Numbered from the stretch's first letter, positions 25,356 through 38,060 are shown. The stretch: 64,000 bases of DNA from Kondoa subrosea (GCA_039545335.1 BCIN01000003.1:1054001-1118000); one strand, 5' to 3'. Notes: generated by a model not told the origin, from the letters alone. A program made the numbers and translations.

Positions 25356-27629
25356 ATGCTTCGTCGCAACGCAAAAAAAGAAGTTCCTGTGGACAGCTTC
25401 CCAAGTGATGAAGAGACAGCCGTCGAAGCTGATGCTATCGATGACAATTATGTGTCAAAAGTGAGTGTCCCCAACACAAATGCGCATTTACCCGAGCGGG
25501 AGTCATTAAACTGACTGTCTTGTGTGCTGCTGTAGACTCTCGCAAGGGATAAGCCTCTGCCACCTATCACCATGAAAAACTGGTACAAGGAACTCAACAC
25601 AATTTCAACTTTGGCTTTGACCATCGTTCCAGCGCTTTCCATCTATGGCGCTTTCACTACTCGCCTATCACTGGCAACTTTCATTTGGAGCGTCGTCTAC
25701 TACTTCTTCACCGGTCTAGGCATTACGGCTGGTTACCATCGCTTCTACGCTCACAGAGCTTACAACGCTTCTTTACCTCTTCAATACTTTTTGGCTTTAG
25801 GCGGGTCCGGAGCTGTTGAAGGTTCCATCAAGTGGTGGGCAAGAGGTCATCGAGCTCATCATCGTTACACCGACACCGATTTGGATCCTTACAACGCTCA
25901 CAAAGGTTTCCTTTACTCTCATCTTGGTTGGATGATCTTCAAACCAAGAAGAGCAATTGGTGTAGCCGATATCTCAGACCTGCAAAAGAACCCAGTCGTT
26001 CAATGGCAACATCGATACTACGTACCACTTATTGTTGGCATGGGTTTCGTTTTCCCTACCGTTGTAGCTGGTTTAGGTTGGGGTGATTGGAGAGGTGGAT
26101 TCTTCTATGCTGGTGCTGCTCGCTTGCTTTTCGTTCATCACTCTACGTTCTGCGTCAACTCGCTCGCTCACTGGTTGGGTGATGCTCCTTTCGATGATAA
26201 GCACACTCCAAGGGATCACTTCATTACCGCGCTGGTTACTGTTGGTGAAGGTGCGTATGCTCTATTTGCTTTGGATATGAGGCTCATGTTCTTTCAGGTT
26301 ACCACAATTTCCACCATCAATTCCCAGCAGACTACAGGAATGCGATCAAATGGTACCAAGTTTGTCTTTGTTCCTTTATATCGTTCTTGTCTTACTCCCT
26401 CTTCTCTTCCAATAGTATGATCCTACTCGTCGCTTCATCGAAATCTGCTCCTTGTTCGGTCTCGCTAGCGAGTTGAAGACATTCCCAGACAATGAGGTCC
26501 GAAAGGGCCAATACAAGTGAGTTTTCATCATCTGGCAATGCCTGATTGATGCTGACATATCTACAGCATGAAAATGAAGGCTTTGAACAAAGAAAGGGCT
26601 GCCATCCGTTGGCCTCAAAGCTCAAATGATTTGCCAGTCGTATGTCAATGAATTCTTTCGTCAATAACCTTCTTGTTTGCTTATGTCTATGCCTATTGCA
26701 CAGCTGTCTTGGGACCAGTTCCAATCCGAGCACAAGAATTGTGCGTGCTTTCGGCAATCTGTGTCGGTTCTGTGTTCTAATCCGTCTCTTGTTCTTAGCT
26801 GGAAGACACTTGATCGCAATTGGCGGGTTTATCCATGTGCGTACTATTCTTTGCCATCGTTAGACTTGCGCTGATCTCATTTGCAGGACGTCACCGATTT
26901 CAGTAAGCTTCTCAGACCCGCTGGTTGTATTTTGGTTAATTTTTTTTCTTTCCTCTTTCCTCTTTAAGTTGAAGATCATCCAGGCGGTTGGGGCATCAGT
27001 GAGTATACATTGCTACTCACCTCGTTTTTCATGCTAATACATCGAATAGTCCGACACAGGCTTGGAAGAGATTCAACTGCGTAATTTTCCTCGATTCTTG
27101 TCTTTGCTCCAATTGCTTATGCCTTACATTTTTTACAGTGCATTCAATGGAGGAGTAAGCATGCGCGTGCATTCATTCAATTCTTATACTTATGTCCGCA
27201 TCTTCTGCTTGAACAGATATATGTAAGTTTCATTTCCCTCTTTCCACTTCTTGGCTAGTTGCTGACTTCGTCTACAGGATCACTCAAACGCCGCACACAA
27301 CCTGCTTTCTATGCTTCGTGTAGCAGTTCTCGATGGAGGTTTGGAAGTAGAAAGCTTGAAGCAGAATCCTGGAATCAAGTGTTACGACGTTTGTCCCTTC
27401 TTTGCCTGTTTCATTTTGTCAATGCTGATATACATCTCTCGTTCACAGGGTCCTTCGACCCTTCCTCTGCCGATCATCAAAGCCTCGGATTTGAACGGCA
27501 TGTCTGCTGCTCCTCGAAAAGGTTCGCTTCTTCTTTTGTCCTATATTTCTTGTCTTACTCGTCCTTTTTTCAGACTACGGTGCACCTGAAGACTCGGTTG
27601 CGCCTTGCGAACCTCAAGTAGCTGCCTAG
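25356..27629 (+). CDS. OLE1: Delta-9 acyl-CoA desaturase with fused cytochrome b5 domain
   Basis: [39 protein letters not shown], b5 motifs HPGG and [14 protein letters not shown]. Confidence 0.95.
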
Positions 27630-27994
27630 GTCAAGCTCTGCCTTCTCACTCTGTATTATACGAAACTTCAAAAACATCATGCATCAAGACTGAACATAGT
27701 CATCTACTCGCCTCTACCTTCTATGCTCGGAATAGTACTCCATAAGTAATATTAGACGCAATGAATTTATGTGGCTACCGTTTTCTTTGACTTCCTGACT
27801 TTCAATTTTCCCCTCTTTCCATTGACATCATCTCTTTCATTCATTTTCCATATCAAAGTTCAATGCATTGCTTATTCCGCTCTCATTAGCACCGCTGAGT
27901 GCTCATTAAGCACTGCATTTCTGTTTATGATGTCAAAACGATTGTGTCATTTCATTTCTCTTTGTTTGTGCTCAATTGCAATATTGGCCACTAT

Positions 27995-28026
27995 CTTAGC
28001 GCCTTAGCGCCTTAGCGCCTTAGTGC
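27995..28026. repeat. 8-bp tandem repeat (cttagcgc)x4, last copy imperfect
   Basis: cttagcgc cttagcgc cttagcgc cttagtgc. Confidence 0.9.
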
Positions 28027-28237
28027 GTCTGCTCGGCTGCTCGTTGGTCAGCACATGTCCGAGAAGCTGTGCGTTTGTGCGAGTACACCTTCGTTTCCCC
28101 ATTGTGTTCCTGGTTTACACATTCCAACTCGGAATTACTCGACCCACACTTCTCTTCCTTCCCCAGCTCACACTCTCGATCAATCGCGTGTACGTCTCTC
28201 TCTTCCTTTGCCCAAACTCTGCTCACTTCTTTCCAGC

Positions 28238-28924
28238 ATGTATTCACCAACAAGTCCTAACGCGTTCTTCGACTTCACATCATCTAAACATTCCTACAAC
28301 CCTTTCTCCACACTTCCAGCTATAGACGTACAAATACACGACTCTCCCTATTCTTACTGCACACCAGACTTTGACGCTTCGCAACATTCGTCTTCCCTCT
28401 ACGCTGATCCAGACCAACCATATTCTTTCGCTTCCGAGCACTATCTTCCAGCTCAACCTCCAGCCTATTCTGAAAAGGACTTCGCAATCACTACTGTTGA
28501 TCCAGCAGATCTTTACATGTCAAGTCGAATCGTTCCAGTTGAACATGAACTCCCTTTGTCAAGCGATGAGAAGGAATCTTCTTCTCCTTCTTCAAATTAC
28601 TTGCAAGAAGCTCAAGCTCGAAGACAAGCTGAGAAAGAAGAGGAGGAGAGTGATGCTTGGTCGCCAGAGTTGGATCCGGTTGAAGAGCTATCGGAAGGAA
28701 GTGATGATGAAGAAGAAGAATGGGCAGAAGGCTTCGTCCACTTCAAACCAAATGCCAATCTCTTGAGTTCTGGTCATCAAAGCTTTGGAGATAGGGATGT
28801 AGGATTGCGAGAAGTTGTCCTGGTCAAAGCGTTCTTGAAGGATTTGAATCGGATTCGACGACAACAACGAGCGGAAAGAAAAAAGCTGATGATGACTGGT
28901 ATGGAAGGAAACTTTGCGATGTGA
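28238..28924 (+). CDS. Hypothetical intronless acidic/Ser-rich protein with a short helical C-terminal motif
   Basis: Open frame from ATG 28238; low-complexity acidic body, C-terminal LREVVLVKAFLKDLNRIRRQ. Confidence 0.65.
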   Translation: MYSPTSPNAFFDFTSSKHSYNPFSTLPAIDVQIHDSPYSYCTPDFDASQHSSSLYADPDQPYSFASEHYLPAQPPAYSEKDFAITTVDPADLYMSSRIVPVEHELPLSSDEKESSSPSSNYLQEAQARRQAEKEEEESDAWSPELDPVEELSEGSDDEEEEWAEGFVHFKPNANLLSSGHQSFGDRDVGLREVVLVKAFLKDLNRIRRQQRAERKKLMMTGMEGNFAM

Positions 28925-29014
28925 AGGTCTGGAAAAGAATAGGTGTATAGCCAAGTACATAATCGTTTACGTCGCATGGTCTTCATATATTGTCAAATAG
29001 CATTCATCTTATTT

Positions 29015-30910
29015 TCATGCCACTGAAGAAGTCTTCTCTTTGAGTCTAGCAGTCCCGATCACATCAGTACAGACGCAGTTTGTCACTACTTGAACATACC
29101 TTTGATAGCCATTGTAGGCTCTCCTCCAATTCGCTTCATCGACTTGATCACCAACCGGAATTTCTCCTTTGACTAGATCTGCTTCTCCGCCAGCAGCAAA
29201 GCTCATAGCAGCTTGATATCTTTTGATCGCTTCCAAATCGCCCAAACACCAATCCGCCAGTTTGCTCTTTCTCCCTCCAATCTCATGAATCAAGCCAGAG
29301 AGATAGCTAGCGTTGGATCCAGCTATTCGAGCGTCTTTCTCTACTTCTTGCACCCTCTTTCTCAATCGCTCAGCTTCTTTATCTTGCTTTGATCCTAGTA
29401 GAGCTGTTCTGAGGAAACCAGGTATAGATCGAGGTGACAACAAGCCAGTATTGCTCGTTATGTGTGTGACGGATTGCGATTTGTCTATAGCAGTATTTAG
29501 CAGATCAAGAGATTGAGGTTCAGGCTGTTTGAGTGCTCGCTTGATTTCCGCTGAATAGGCTGAAATGGAAGCTAGACGTGCGTTGAGCCAAGCATTATGG
29601 AGCTGATTGACCAAACGCTCGGAAGAGGAAGAAGGAGGAAGAGGCGAAGAAAGTGCTTCGCGGGTAGCTTCTGAGATTGCGAGAGCGATAGGCAGATCTG
29701 CTTGAGCTGAATAAAGGGCAACGAGGGAAGTTAGAGAAGCATACAGATTCCGCTGCGCTTGTGCGTCCAATTGAGTTGGCACGGAAGAAAGTGAGGATAG
29801 TATATTAGCGATTTCTGGTCGATGCGATGTTGAAGATGATATCGCTTCGGTCGGCGGTTGGTTTTCTTTACCAGATTGATGATTGAAGTTCTCTCGTAAT
29901 CCTAGACTTTCCAGAGCAGCCCAGAGGAGAAAGCCTTCTGCTTTGGAGTATTCTGCCTTCTGTAGCTGGCCTCGCGAAATTGTTTCGTTTGCAATACGGA
30001 GGCTCACATCTCCAGCCTTACGCGAGGCTCTAATAGCTGCTTGACGAGACTGATGCGATGCGTTTGACAATAGAAGCGGATTCATAGCTGTCCAAATTCG
30101 CTCCCAGCTCCTTCTCGCTTCTGAAAGTCCGATGGATCCAGCCAGACGTTCTCTAACACCCGCCAATCGCTCTTCAAGCTCAATAATAGCTTTGTCAGGG
30201 AGTTGAATACCCTTGTTCTGGGCAGCAAGAATAGCATGAACGAGATATCGCTCTGTAGACATATAGCCAGCATCTGGAACTTGAATGGCTTCTCTTTGCG
30301 ATGCAATGAGCTGGCCACCTGCATGCTGACCCTGTCCAATAGGCGAAGGCATGGGTCCACCGCCATAATGCTGAGCGATGTATGCTGCACGTATAGCATT
30401 TCTGACGGTGAAGGGCAATCTCTTGTCCGTTCCTCCTCCTGAATGACCGCCCGACCAGCTAGCTTCTTCTTCATCCCAACCTAGGGCATTTGGTTGGAAG
30501 GGAAATGCTCTACCAAGCTCGATGAATTCGACCCAGACATGAGTGCCAGCCCAAAGAGAGATCGTAGTAGCTACAACAGCGACAGATCCATAGACAGCAT
30601 ATCGGAAGAGACCTTTTTGTCACCATGCGATTTCAGTTATGCATATTCCAATGACTGTTCAACCTGCAACGAGCTCACGACCAAAGACACCGAATGTATT
30701 GCTTGTAGCATTCGCGAAGAAGTCCCTTGTAGGTGAATCGTCATAGGCTTCTACTTTCTCTGCTGTGCCAAAGTCATTCAAAGATTTCGAGTTTTCTGTT
30801 GCGAATGATCGAGCCAACAAGCTACTGGCTGGTATTCTCCTCGCGCGATGTGCTATACTTGTGCTTTGTGGTATTCCTCTGAGGCTCTTCAGGCCTATGT
30901 GTCGTGACAT
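29015..30910 (-). CDS. Predicted mitochondrial inner-membrane helical-repeat protein (possibly Mgr3-like)
   Basis: Arg/Ser-rich presequence MSRHIGLKSLRG..., TM AVYGSVAVVATTISLWAG, GTDKRL...RNAIRAA, long helical C-terminus; family assignment tentative. Confidence 0.6.
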
Positions 30911-31062
30911 GGGATACAAACAAGAAGCGACGCTGCGACATCCGTCAATCTTTCGATTGTAATGCAGCCGAAGTCTCTTTTTGCTACTGCTAGGCTCTAG
31001 CGCACCCTCCTGGCGGCCTATGTCTTGAATAATGCTTCGGTCTCAGAAATCGATTCTCAAGC

Positions 31063-31555
31063 ATGTCTTTACAACTTGAGGATCAGCCTATCGAGCTGAT
31101 TGATCGAGTTATTGCCTTCGCTATGCAATTGGACCGTGAGACTACCTATTTTACCTTCCAATTGGGTTGCGATTTTGGAACGATTTGGTCCGCAGCTTCT
31201 CAGCCTCGGTATAACACCGCATGAGGTTCTTGGTTCTCCCTACGTCTGCATCCCCAAGCTCGAACAACTCACTGTCATCAGTGGATACGACGAATCAGCC
31301 TCATTTCTGTCGAATTTCGCCAATTCTCCCATTACGCGCCTAAATTTTGGTCCATCTGATATTGGACTCACTAATCTCCAAGACATACTCCTACGGTCCG
31401 ATAAGCCCTTTCCTAGATTGAAAGTTCTGGATCTCTTCGATTCAGTAATGGTAGAAGGCCGTACTTGGGAAGAAAAGATAGCACTGGAGGAAGCTTTTGC
31501 AAAACTTGGCTTGAACGTAGAAGTCATACCTCCCAGGGACACGAAAGATGTATGA
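31063..31555 (+). pseudogene. Probable F-box/LRR relic with internal deletion and frameshift
   Basis: ATG 31063 reads an F-box-like MSLQLEDQPIELIDRVIAFA and stops early; LRR-like C-terminus (PKLEQLTV, PRLKVLDL) lies in a different frame with no ATG. Confidence 0.5.
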
Positions 31556-31947
31556 CCGGCGTCGCATCGCAAATGGAAGACACAGCGTAGATCAACTTCG
31601 CTGCCGTTCACTGCAAGTCAACTTCACCTTCCGAATATACTTTTCAGACTGTACTGGCTATGCAGTCTGCTCTATACTACTATGATCTACCTACCTGGCA
31701 TGGATAGGAATGTTGCAATTGGAGTACATCAAACGTTGTGAGAAGCAAGACTGCAATTCTTGGTGGAGAAGCGGAAGCGTGCCAGTAGCAGAAAGGTTAC
31801 TATGCCGTTAGATAGCGTCAAAGTAACTGCGTTCCATGTGCTATAGGGTCTCGTTATCCGTCCTTAAGTCCGGGGACATAGATTTGCCTTGCGTTGCCTG
31901 AAAGCGAGACGGAAGCGACTCTCAACCAAACACCACATAAATCCAAT

Positions 31948-33608
31948 ATGAGCGGGGAAATCAACACAGATGTAAGCGCTATAGAGATCAGTAGCACCTC
32001 CGCAAGCTTACAAAGCGAGCCTTCTGGTAGATCATCACACTTACAACGTGAATTCCCGCGTTCTCCCATTTCATTGGCTTTGGTACTGACTCCTTGGGTC
32101 TAGCAACACTTTGAATGAGTCAGTAATACTCTATGTACTGTAGCAATCTCAACTGAGGACTTGCACAGCCAGGCGAAGCTCGGCGCTCAAGCTTCTGGTG
32201 ATTTGACAATCTTGTTGACTGCTATTCAAACGACTTGCAAGTTCTTGGCGACAAATGTTAGGAAAGCCAAGCTACTCAATCTGTCCGTACCCATCAGCGT
32301 TGGGATTGATCAGCTGAGGTTGAATGTCGAAACAGTGTGGGAGTTGCCGGTACAGCCAACGTGCAAGGAGAGGACCAGAAGAAGCTAGATATCCGTGCGT
32401 ACACCTCGTCTAAAGGTATAGAAGCTGAACTGACGAAGAACCTAAAGTGAGTAACGATATTATGGTCAACACCCTTATTGCTTGCGGGAGAACAGCTGTA
32501 CTAGTATCTGAGGTTCGTCAATTACACACAGTACGAGTATACTAGCTCATGAGTCAATGCAGGAAGTGGATGATGCTATTATCGTTGAAGGAGAAAAGAA
32601 AGGTCGATACTGTGTGGTTTTCGACCCTCTTGACGGAAGCAGCAACATTGATGCTGGTGTAAACATGTCCGTTCCATCTCCCATCCTGTAGCTCTAGCTG
32701 ATCTGCATACAGTGGAACCATTTTTGGCATTTACCGCTGTGTGAGCAATGGTTCCTGAAACATGTCTTGACCTGTTGGTTGAACGATTTGCTCACAGAAA
32801 GAGGGCTCGAAAGGAACAGTAGAAGATGTTCTTCGTCCAGGATCGGAAATGGTCGCTGCCGGTTATTGCATGTACGGATCTTCAGCCAATTTGGTCATTT
32901 CTACCGGAAATGGAGTGGATGGCTATACTCTTGATAGCGTAGGTGCTGTAAAGATCTAAAGACGATTATCGTCTCAATTGATTTGCATCGCCTACAGGGT
33001 ATGGGCGAATTTATTCTTACTCATCCTAACATCAGGATTCCGTCTCGAGGCAAGATCTACTCTTTCAACGAAGGCAACTCAATGTACTTCCATGAACCTA
33101 CATTGAAGTACTTGGAATCCATCAAATGTCAGTACCTGGTTCAGTGTTGGTCAGCCAAGATCTGACTGGCGTCCTCGATACTGACAGACCCAGCCAATGG
33201 CAAACCTTACTCAGCAAGATACATTGGTTCTATGGTAGCTGATGTTCACCGTACTTTACTCTACGGAGGAATTTTCGGTTACCCCGATGACAAGAAGACG
33301 AAATCTGGGAAACTTCGATTGTTGTACGAAGGAAACGTTATGGCTTTCTTGGTGGAACAAGCTGGTGGTGTCGCAACAACTGGGAAAGGAAGGATTTTGG
33401 ATATCCAACCCAAGCAAATTCATGAAAGGTGCGTTCGCACTTTGTCATTAGCAATTCAATTGCTTAATGTATGGTGTCGGCACGTACAGATGCCCTGTCT
33501 TCATGGGATCGAAAGAAGATGTGGAGGATTTGGTCAGTCGGTTTGCTCGAGTCTGCTATTATTTAGCTAACTGGGTGAACACGGTGACAGCTCAAATTCT
33601 ATCAATAA
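31948..33608 (+). CDS. FBP1: Fructose-1,6-bisphosphatase
   Basis: [64 protein letters not shown]. Confidence 0.95.
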
Positions 33609-33700
33609 ATCATATTCTGCTTATTCTTGTACTTCAAAGAAACAAAGCTGTGCATGCAATGCAAAAAGGTATCAACATGCGTCCTGCCTATGGTCGCCTT

Positions 33701-34551
33701 TCATATTTCCGAGTCTGACCATCCTGGGTAACTGTACTCAAGAAGATGAACGGTGACTGAAGGTCTTCTTATATAATACATCAATGCGCTCAATTCTGGT
33801 ACTAATATGAAGCTTTCCTCTTATCAAATGACCTTTGCTCTTTCATCTCCTCTTTCTTGCCTGGCCAATCTGGTGCTTTCTGAGCAATATGATCATTGAA
33901 ATCGGGAGGTATCTTGCCAGCCATGGCTAGAACATCACAAGGTGATCAGAATTAGGCAAAGGTAGCCCTAAAAGCAGAGAAATGGACTAACTGCCTTCTA
34001 CTGGCATATCTGATGCTTTCCCGCTTTTGACATCTTTCGCTACTGTAAATATTCATTAAATCATAGCCATATGAAGTTGAGAAAGACATACGGCCTCTGT
34101 GAGAAGGAGCTGTGCTAGTACTTGAAGGTGACCAATTCGAATTAGGTGCATCAGCGCTGTCCGTCCATGTTTACGCAATTAGCACAAAAGTATGCAGATT
34201 GGAAGACAAGGAAACGAACGAGACTGATTGATAACCTTCTTTGTAGCTCGATGGCTCAGGATTGCCCTTGACGTAAGTTTGAGTTGCTTTGGGATCACTC
34301 TTGGAAACAGTAACCTATTCATCCTCCCTTTCTAATTAGCTCCAACACACACTGGATGAGAGTGCAAGACGCACATTGGATACAGCGGGATCTTGATCGA
34401 ATGGCTGTCGTTCAGTGTTGAATTTACTTTGTTTCTTGAAAGCAGATGATTTGGTAGCTTTATCATTCTGATCTGTTGCAGTACGCAAGAAGGTGGCTGC
34501 GCTGAATTGTCTTCGGCCAGCCGCAGCCGATAAGCGAATGAGATTGGACAT
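33701..34551 (-). CDS. Hypothetical mitochondrial protein, multi-exon (3' end uncertain)
   Basis: Presequence MSNLIRLSAAAGRRQFSAATFLR followed by short exons with canonical splice sites. Confidence 0.6.
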
Positions 34552-34608
34552 AGTGCTGGGTTTGGAAGTTGGAGAGCAACCGTCGCAGACACAAATATAC
34601 ACGAAGAG

Positions 34609-35164
34609 ATGTCTAACACTGCTACTGGAGATGCTAACAACGCTGGAGCTAAAGCTGGAGGAGCTATAGGGTTAGCTGCAGTTCTCCAAGGTAAATCAAA
34701 GGGCGAACTGACGGATCTTGTGAAATCAACAGTGGGATCTTTCAAGCCGTTTCTGGAGCTGGTGATACTCTCAGAAGCACCATCAATGTATGAGCTCTGC
34801 ACTAATCCAGAGCTGACCGAAGCTGATTATTCAATAACTGAATAGCAAACACTCGATTCGGCAGGTGAAGGGCTTGTAGGAAGAGGTGATGCAGCGACTG
34901 GTCAACCTACTGCACAAAGGAGTACAGAGAACAATGCAGACGTATTAGAGAAGGGTGAGTTGTTCTTTTGCTTCGAGCTGAAACGATAGCTCATGCAATG
35001 GAGTGATCACAGGAAAGGCTGATTTAGCTGCTGGATTGGATAAGATGCAAGGGAATACTCAGTCTACAGCGGCTGATAGTACCAGTGCGTTCGATCTCGT
35101 GTCGAAGAAATGCTTACCTAATCTTATCGATGCAGCGCCTACTCGCGGCACAACAGGCTTGTAA
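34609..35164 (+). CDS. Small Gly/Ala-rich uncharacterised protein (paralog 1)
   Basis: Spliced MSNTATG...GIFQAVSGAGDTLRSTINQTLDSAGEG...NADVLEKGKADLAAGLDKMQG...TTGL*. Confidence 0.65.
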
Positions 35165-35330
35165 ACCTTCTCGAGCCTTGAAATACATGTCAAATACTAT
35201 CTGTATCCCTTCCGCCCATTCTCCTCTGCCCTGTTGTGTGTTCTGTTGAAGGCTTATTTATTACGTCATTTCCACTTTTTCCAAACACCAGAAGTCCAAT
35301 TCTGTTTCTCTCGTTTGTTCAATTACAACC

Positions 35331-36261
35331 ATGTCTAACCATCCTGGTTTGGGAGATAGGATCAAAGGCGCTGTTCGTGCAGTACACGCGACGGGCGAAA
35401 GTAAGTGATTTCAATCCGAAAGTTCAGCTTTGTTGATTACAAATTTGTTTAGTTACTAGAGGCATGATTAATGGCGTATTGGATGGATTAGGTGTATGTT
35501 GCCTTGTGCTTCAAGTTGAAATCAACTTGAGGTTGGTGCTAATACAGGACGGAGTAGCTCATAGAAACTCAAACGATGCAAGGCCAAGGAATAGTACAAA
35601 CGTATTGGAGAAAGGCAAAGAAGAATTAGCTAGAGGAATGCAAGAAATGAAGGGTCAGAAAGTAGCTGCTCCGTTCGTTTCGGATGAAAGAGAAAGAGAA
35701 AGAGCAAAGACTGGGCCGCCTCAGACTGCAGGAATATTTGGTCAAGGTCAGTAGGCGTGCAGATGATCAGTCTAGACCTGATGGCTTTTTGTACCTGCAC
35801 TGACAGTGGAAGATATGCGGTTGAAGTTCAATTCGACTCTCGATGCTTTTGGAGATCAGCTCATCGGCCGGAAAACAAGTACTACAGCGCCTATTCAAAG
35901 TACCTCCACGACCTCTTCTACATCTTCTACCTCAATTCCATCCAGTACACCTTCTTCTGCACCTCCTGCTTCAACTGTAGATACAGCTCATGCCGTCCCA
36001 TCTTTCCCTCAACAATACCAGCAACCAACAGGCTGGACAGCTCAACGTCCTTATCGTTCATCAAGGGAAGAAGAGAGAAAAGTTCATACTGTTCCACCTG
36101 TGTCTGCTATTCAAGAGGTAGAAACTGGTCAGATAAGATCTCCATCGACTTCAAGTGAACAACAACATTCAATGACTTCAATACCGCCTGCCGAGAGGTC
36201 GGCGCCTCTGAGAGATGAAGCCGGTTCTCCTGCGAGACCGAGCACGAGTGCTATTGTGTGA
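35331..36261 (+). CDS. Uncharacterised protein related to the upstream gene (paralog 2), with Ser/Thr-rich tail
   Basis: Spliced MSNHPG...AVHATGEITRGMINGVLDGLGDG...TNVLEKGKEELARGMQEMKG, second copy EDMRLKFNSTLDAFGD. Confidence 0.65.
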
Positions 36262-36912
36262 TAGTGATGCTGGAGTGATCGAGATGGGCAAGCATGAGAA
36301 GCAATTCCAGCTTTGTATAGGCACTAAAGTCTTGTAACAGATTAAGAAATCCGCAGTCTCTCAAGATCGCCAGACTGGATTGACTAGTCATGTTTGCTTT
36401 TTGAGAAATTGTCTACCCTTACTCTTGACCGCGTTCCAATCATCTCAAAGTTCGGCAGAATTCCATTCTTACGTGGCGACTCTGCGTACTGGTCCCTTTC
36501 TATAATTACTGGATGCCTAGTATCCCTGGCATTCCAACAATTGCCTTTGGCGCAAGGAAGCCAAAAACTTGAATTAGGCTGGGCGAAGTAGCTGGCAGGA
36601 CAAGCTAGCTAAGAATACAAGTTACCAAGCTGGTTGCGAGCTCTGACTAGGACGTATCGCACCTTGAGCCTATACAAGGCATCTATCTATCTATCTACCA
36701 CCTCGGGGTCTCTGGATCTTCAATCGAGCGATATCGTAAAGGGAGCATTTGGGTTGCAAAGGAATATAGTAGGGCCAAGGACCAGCTAAAGGGAAGCAGC
36801 TAGTGATAAGGGAATCGGAACATCGGCCTCAAGACAAGGAACTGCAATCTGACCTTGAAAGGACGAAAGAAGACTGCTTACCCGAGGAGAGCAGCATATC
36901 ATGCAACAGAAC

Positions 36913-38060
36913 ATGGCTACAATACACAGTCTCAGCAGCGAAACTCTAGAAGAGATTGTGTTCTGCTTGATCAATTATCGCAACCGGGATGTTTACAACT
37001 GTCTTTTCGTCTCGTACGCATTTAGCGCTGCCTCTGAACGAAGGGCTTTGTGGGAAGAGGTCCGCCTAAAAGATCCAGATCTCCTCTGCCAATTTCTTCA
37101 GCGTATACTTTTCAAGCCAATGCGTCAGCGGTATGTGAATGAACTACATCCCACATGGGTCACTGGCACAATTACAACTCCCTTGAACACGCGATCCGAG
37201 CAGCTGAGGCACTAAATACTCTCTTACCCCTTCTCAAAAATCTCCGGGCTTTATGCAATCTCGCCTTGCCAGCTCGCTTGTCGGAACAGCTGCCAACAAG
37301 TATTTTCGACCATTGCAAGCATCTGCAAATCCTGTTTCTTTCGAAACCCAAAGAATCGCCAATCTTCCGACAATTGGATTTTCATGATATTAAAGTACTA
37401 CTCAACATACCAACTTTAGATCATATTAATCTTTGCCTTGGTGATACTCGATTGGATGATGTCTTCAGACGCCTTCAACCAAACTCAATTTCAGCTCCGA
37501 TCAGGAAGTTGGGCCTCAATTATACCGAGCTAATGGACAATACGTTGGATATCATTCTCAAGGCATTCACATCGAAGATTCGACGTCTCGAGATCACCGA
37601 TTGCCCACAGGCCGATATCAATATTTTCGTCGATACCATCATTGCTTCAGGCAGCAAGATAGGCGGCTTACATCTAACGCGATCTTTCACTAGTGGTCGC
37701 AACACTCCAATGCAATACGACTACCTTAAGCATCTACCCAGCCTTGTCTGTGCTACCTTTTGCGGCTATTCATTGGCAAAAGATTCACTCCGCTATTTAC
37801 CAGCAGCTGTGAGCGAATTGCAATTGGGGAACTAAAAGCATTAGGATCGGGATGGTTAGGGATGACGATTGCCGATTGGGGCGATAGAGACTGTCGGATC
37901 AAGGTTGTTGACAAAACCTATGATCAGCGAGACAAGGACGCACTCTCGGTCGGTTACCATTCTTCCAGTCACACCTTATCTAGATTCGCTGACTTTATCT
38001 CGTCTGCAGGATCTCTGTGCAGGTCGAAGCACGAAAATCACTTTCCCAGCTCCCTCATGA
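36913..38060 (+). pseudogene. F-box-like/LRR family paralog A with two single-base frameshifts
   Basis: Aligns end-to-end with 38664 and 42429 genes only by switching frame near 37150 and near 37828. Confidence 0.7.

Noticed and set aside
714..27629. Lipid genes GPC1, ERG3 and OLE1 as a metabolic cluster
   Set aside because: They are separated by many unrelated housekeeping genes, so there is no cluster architecture.
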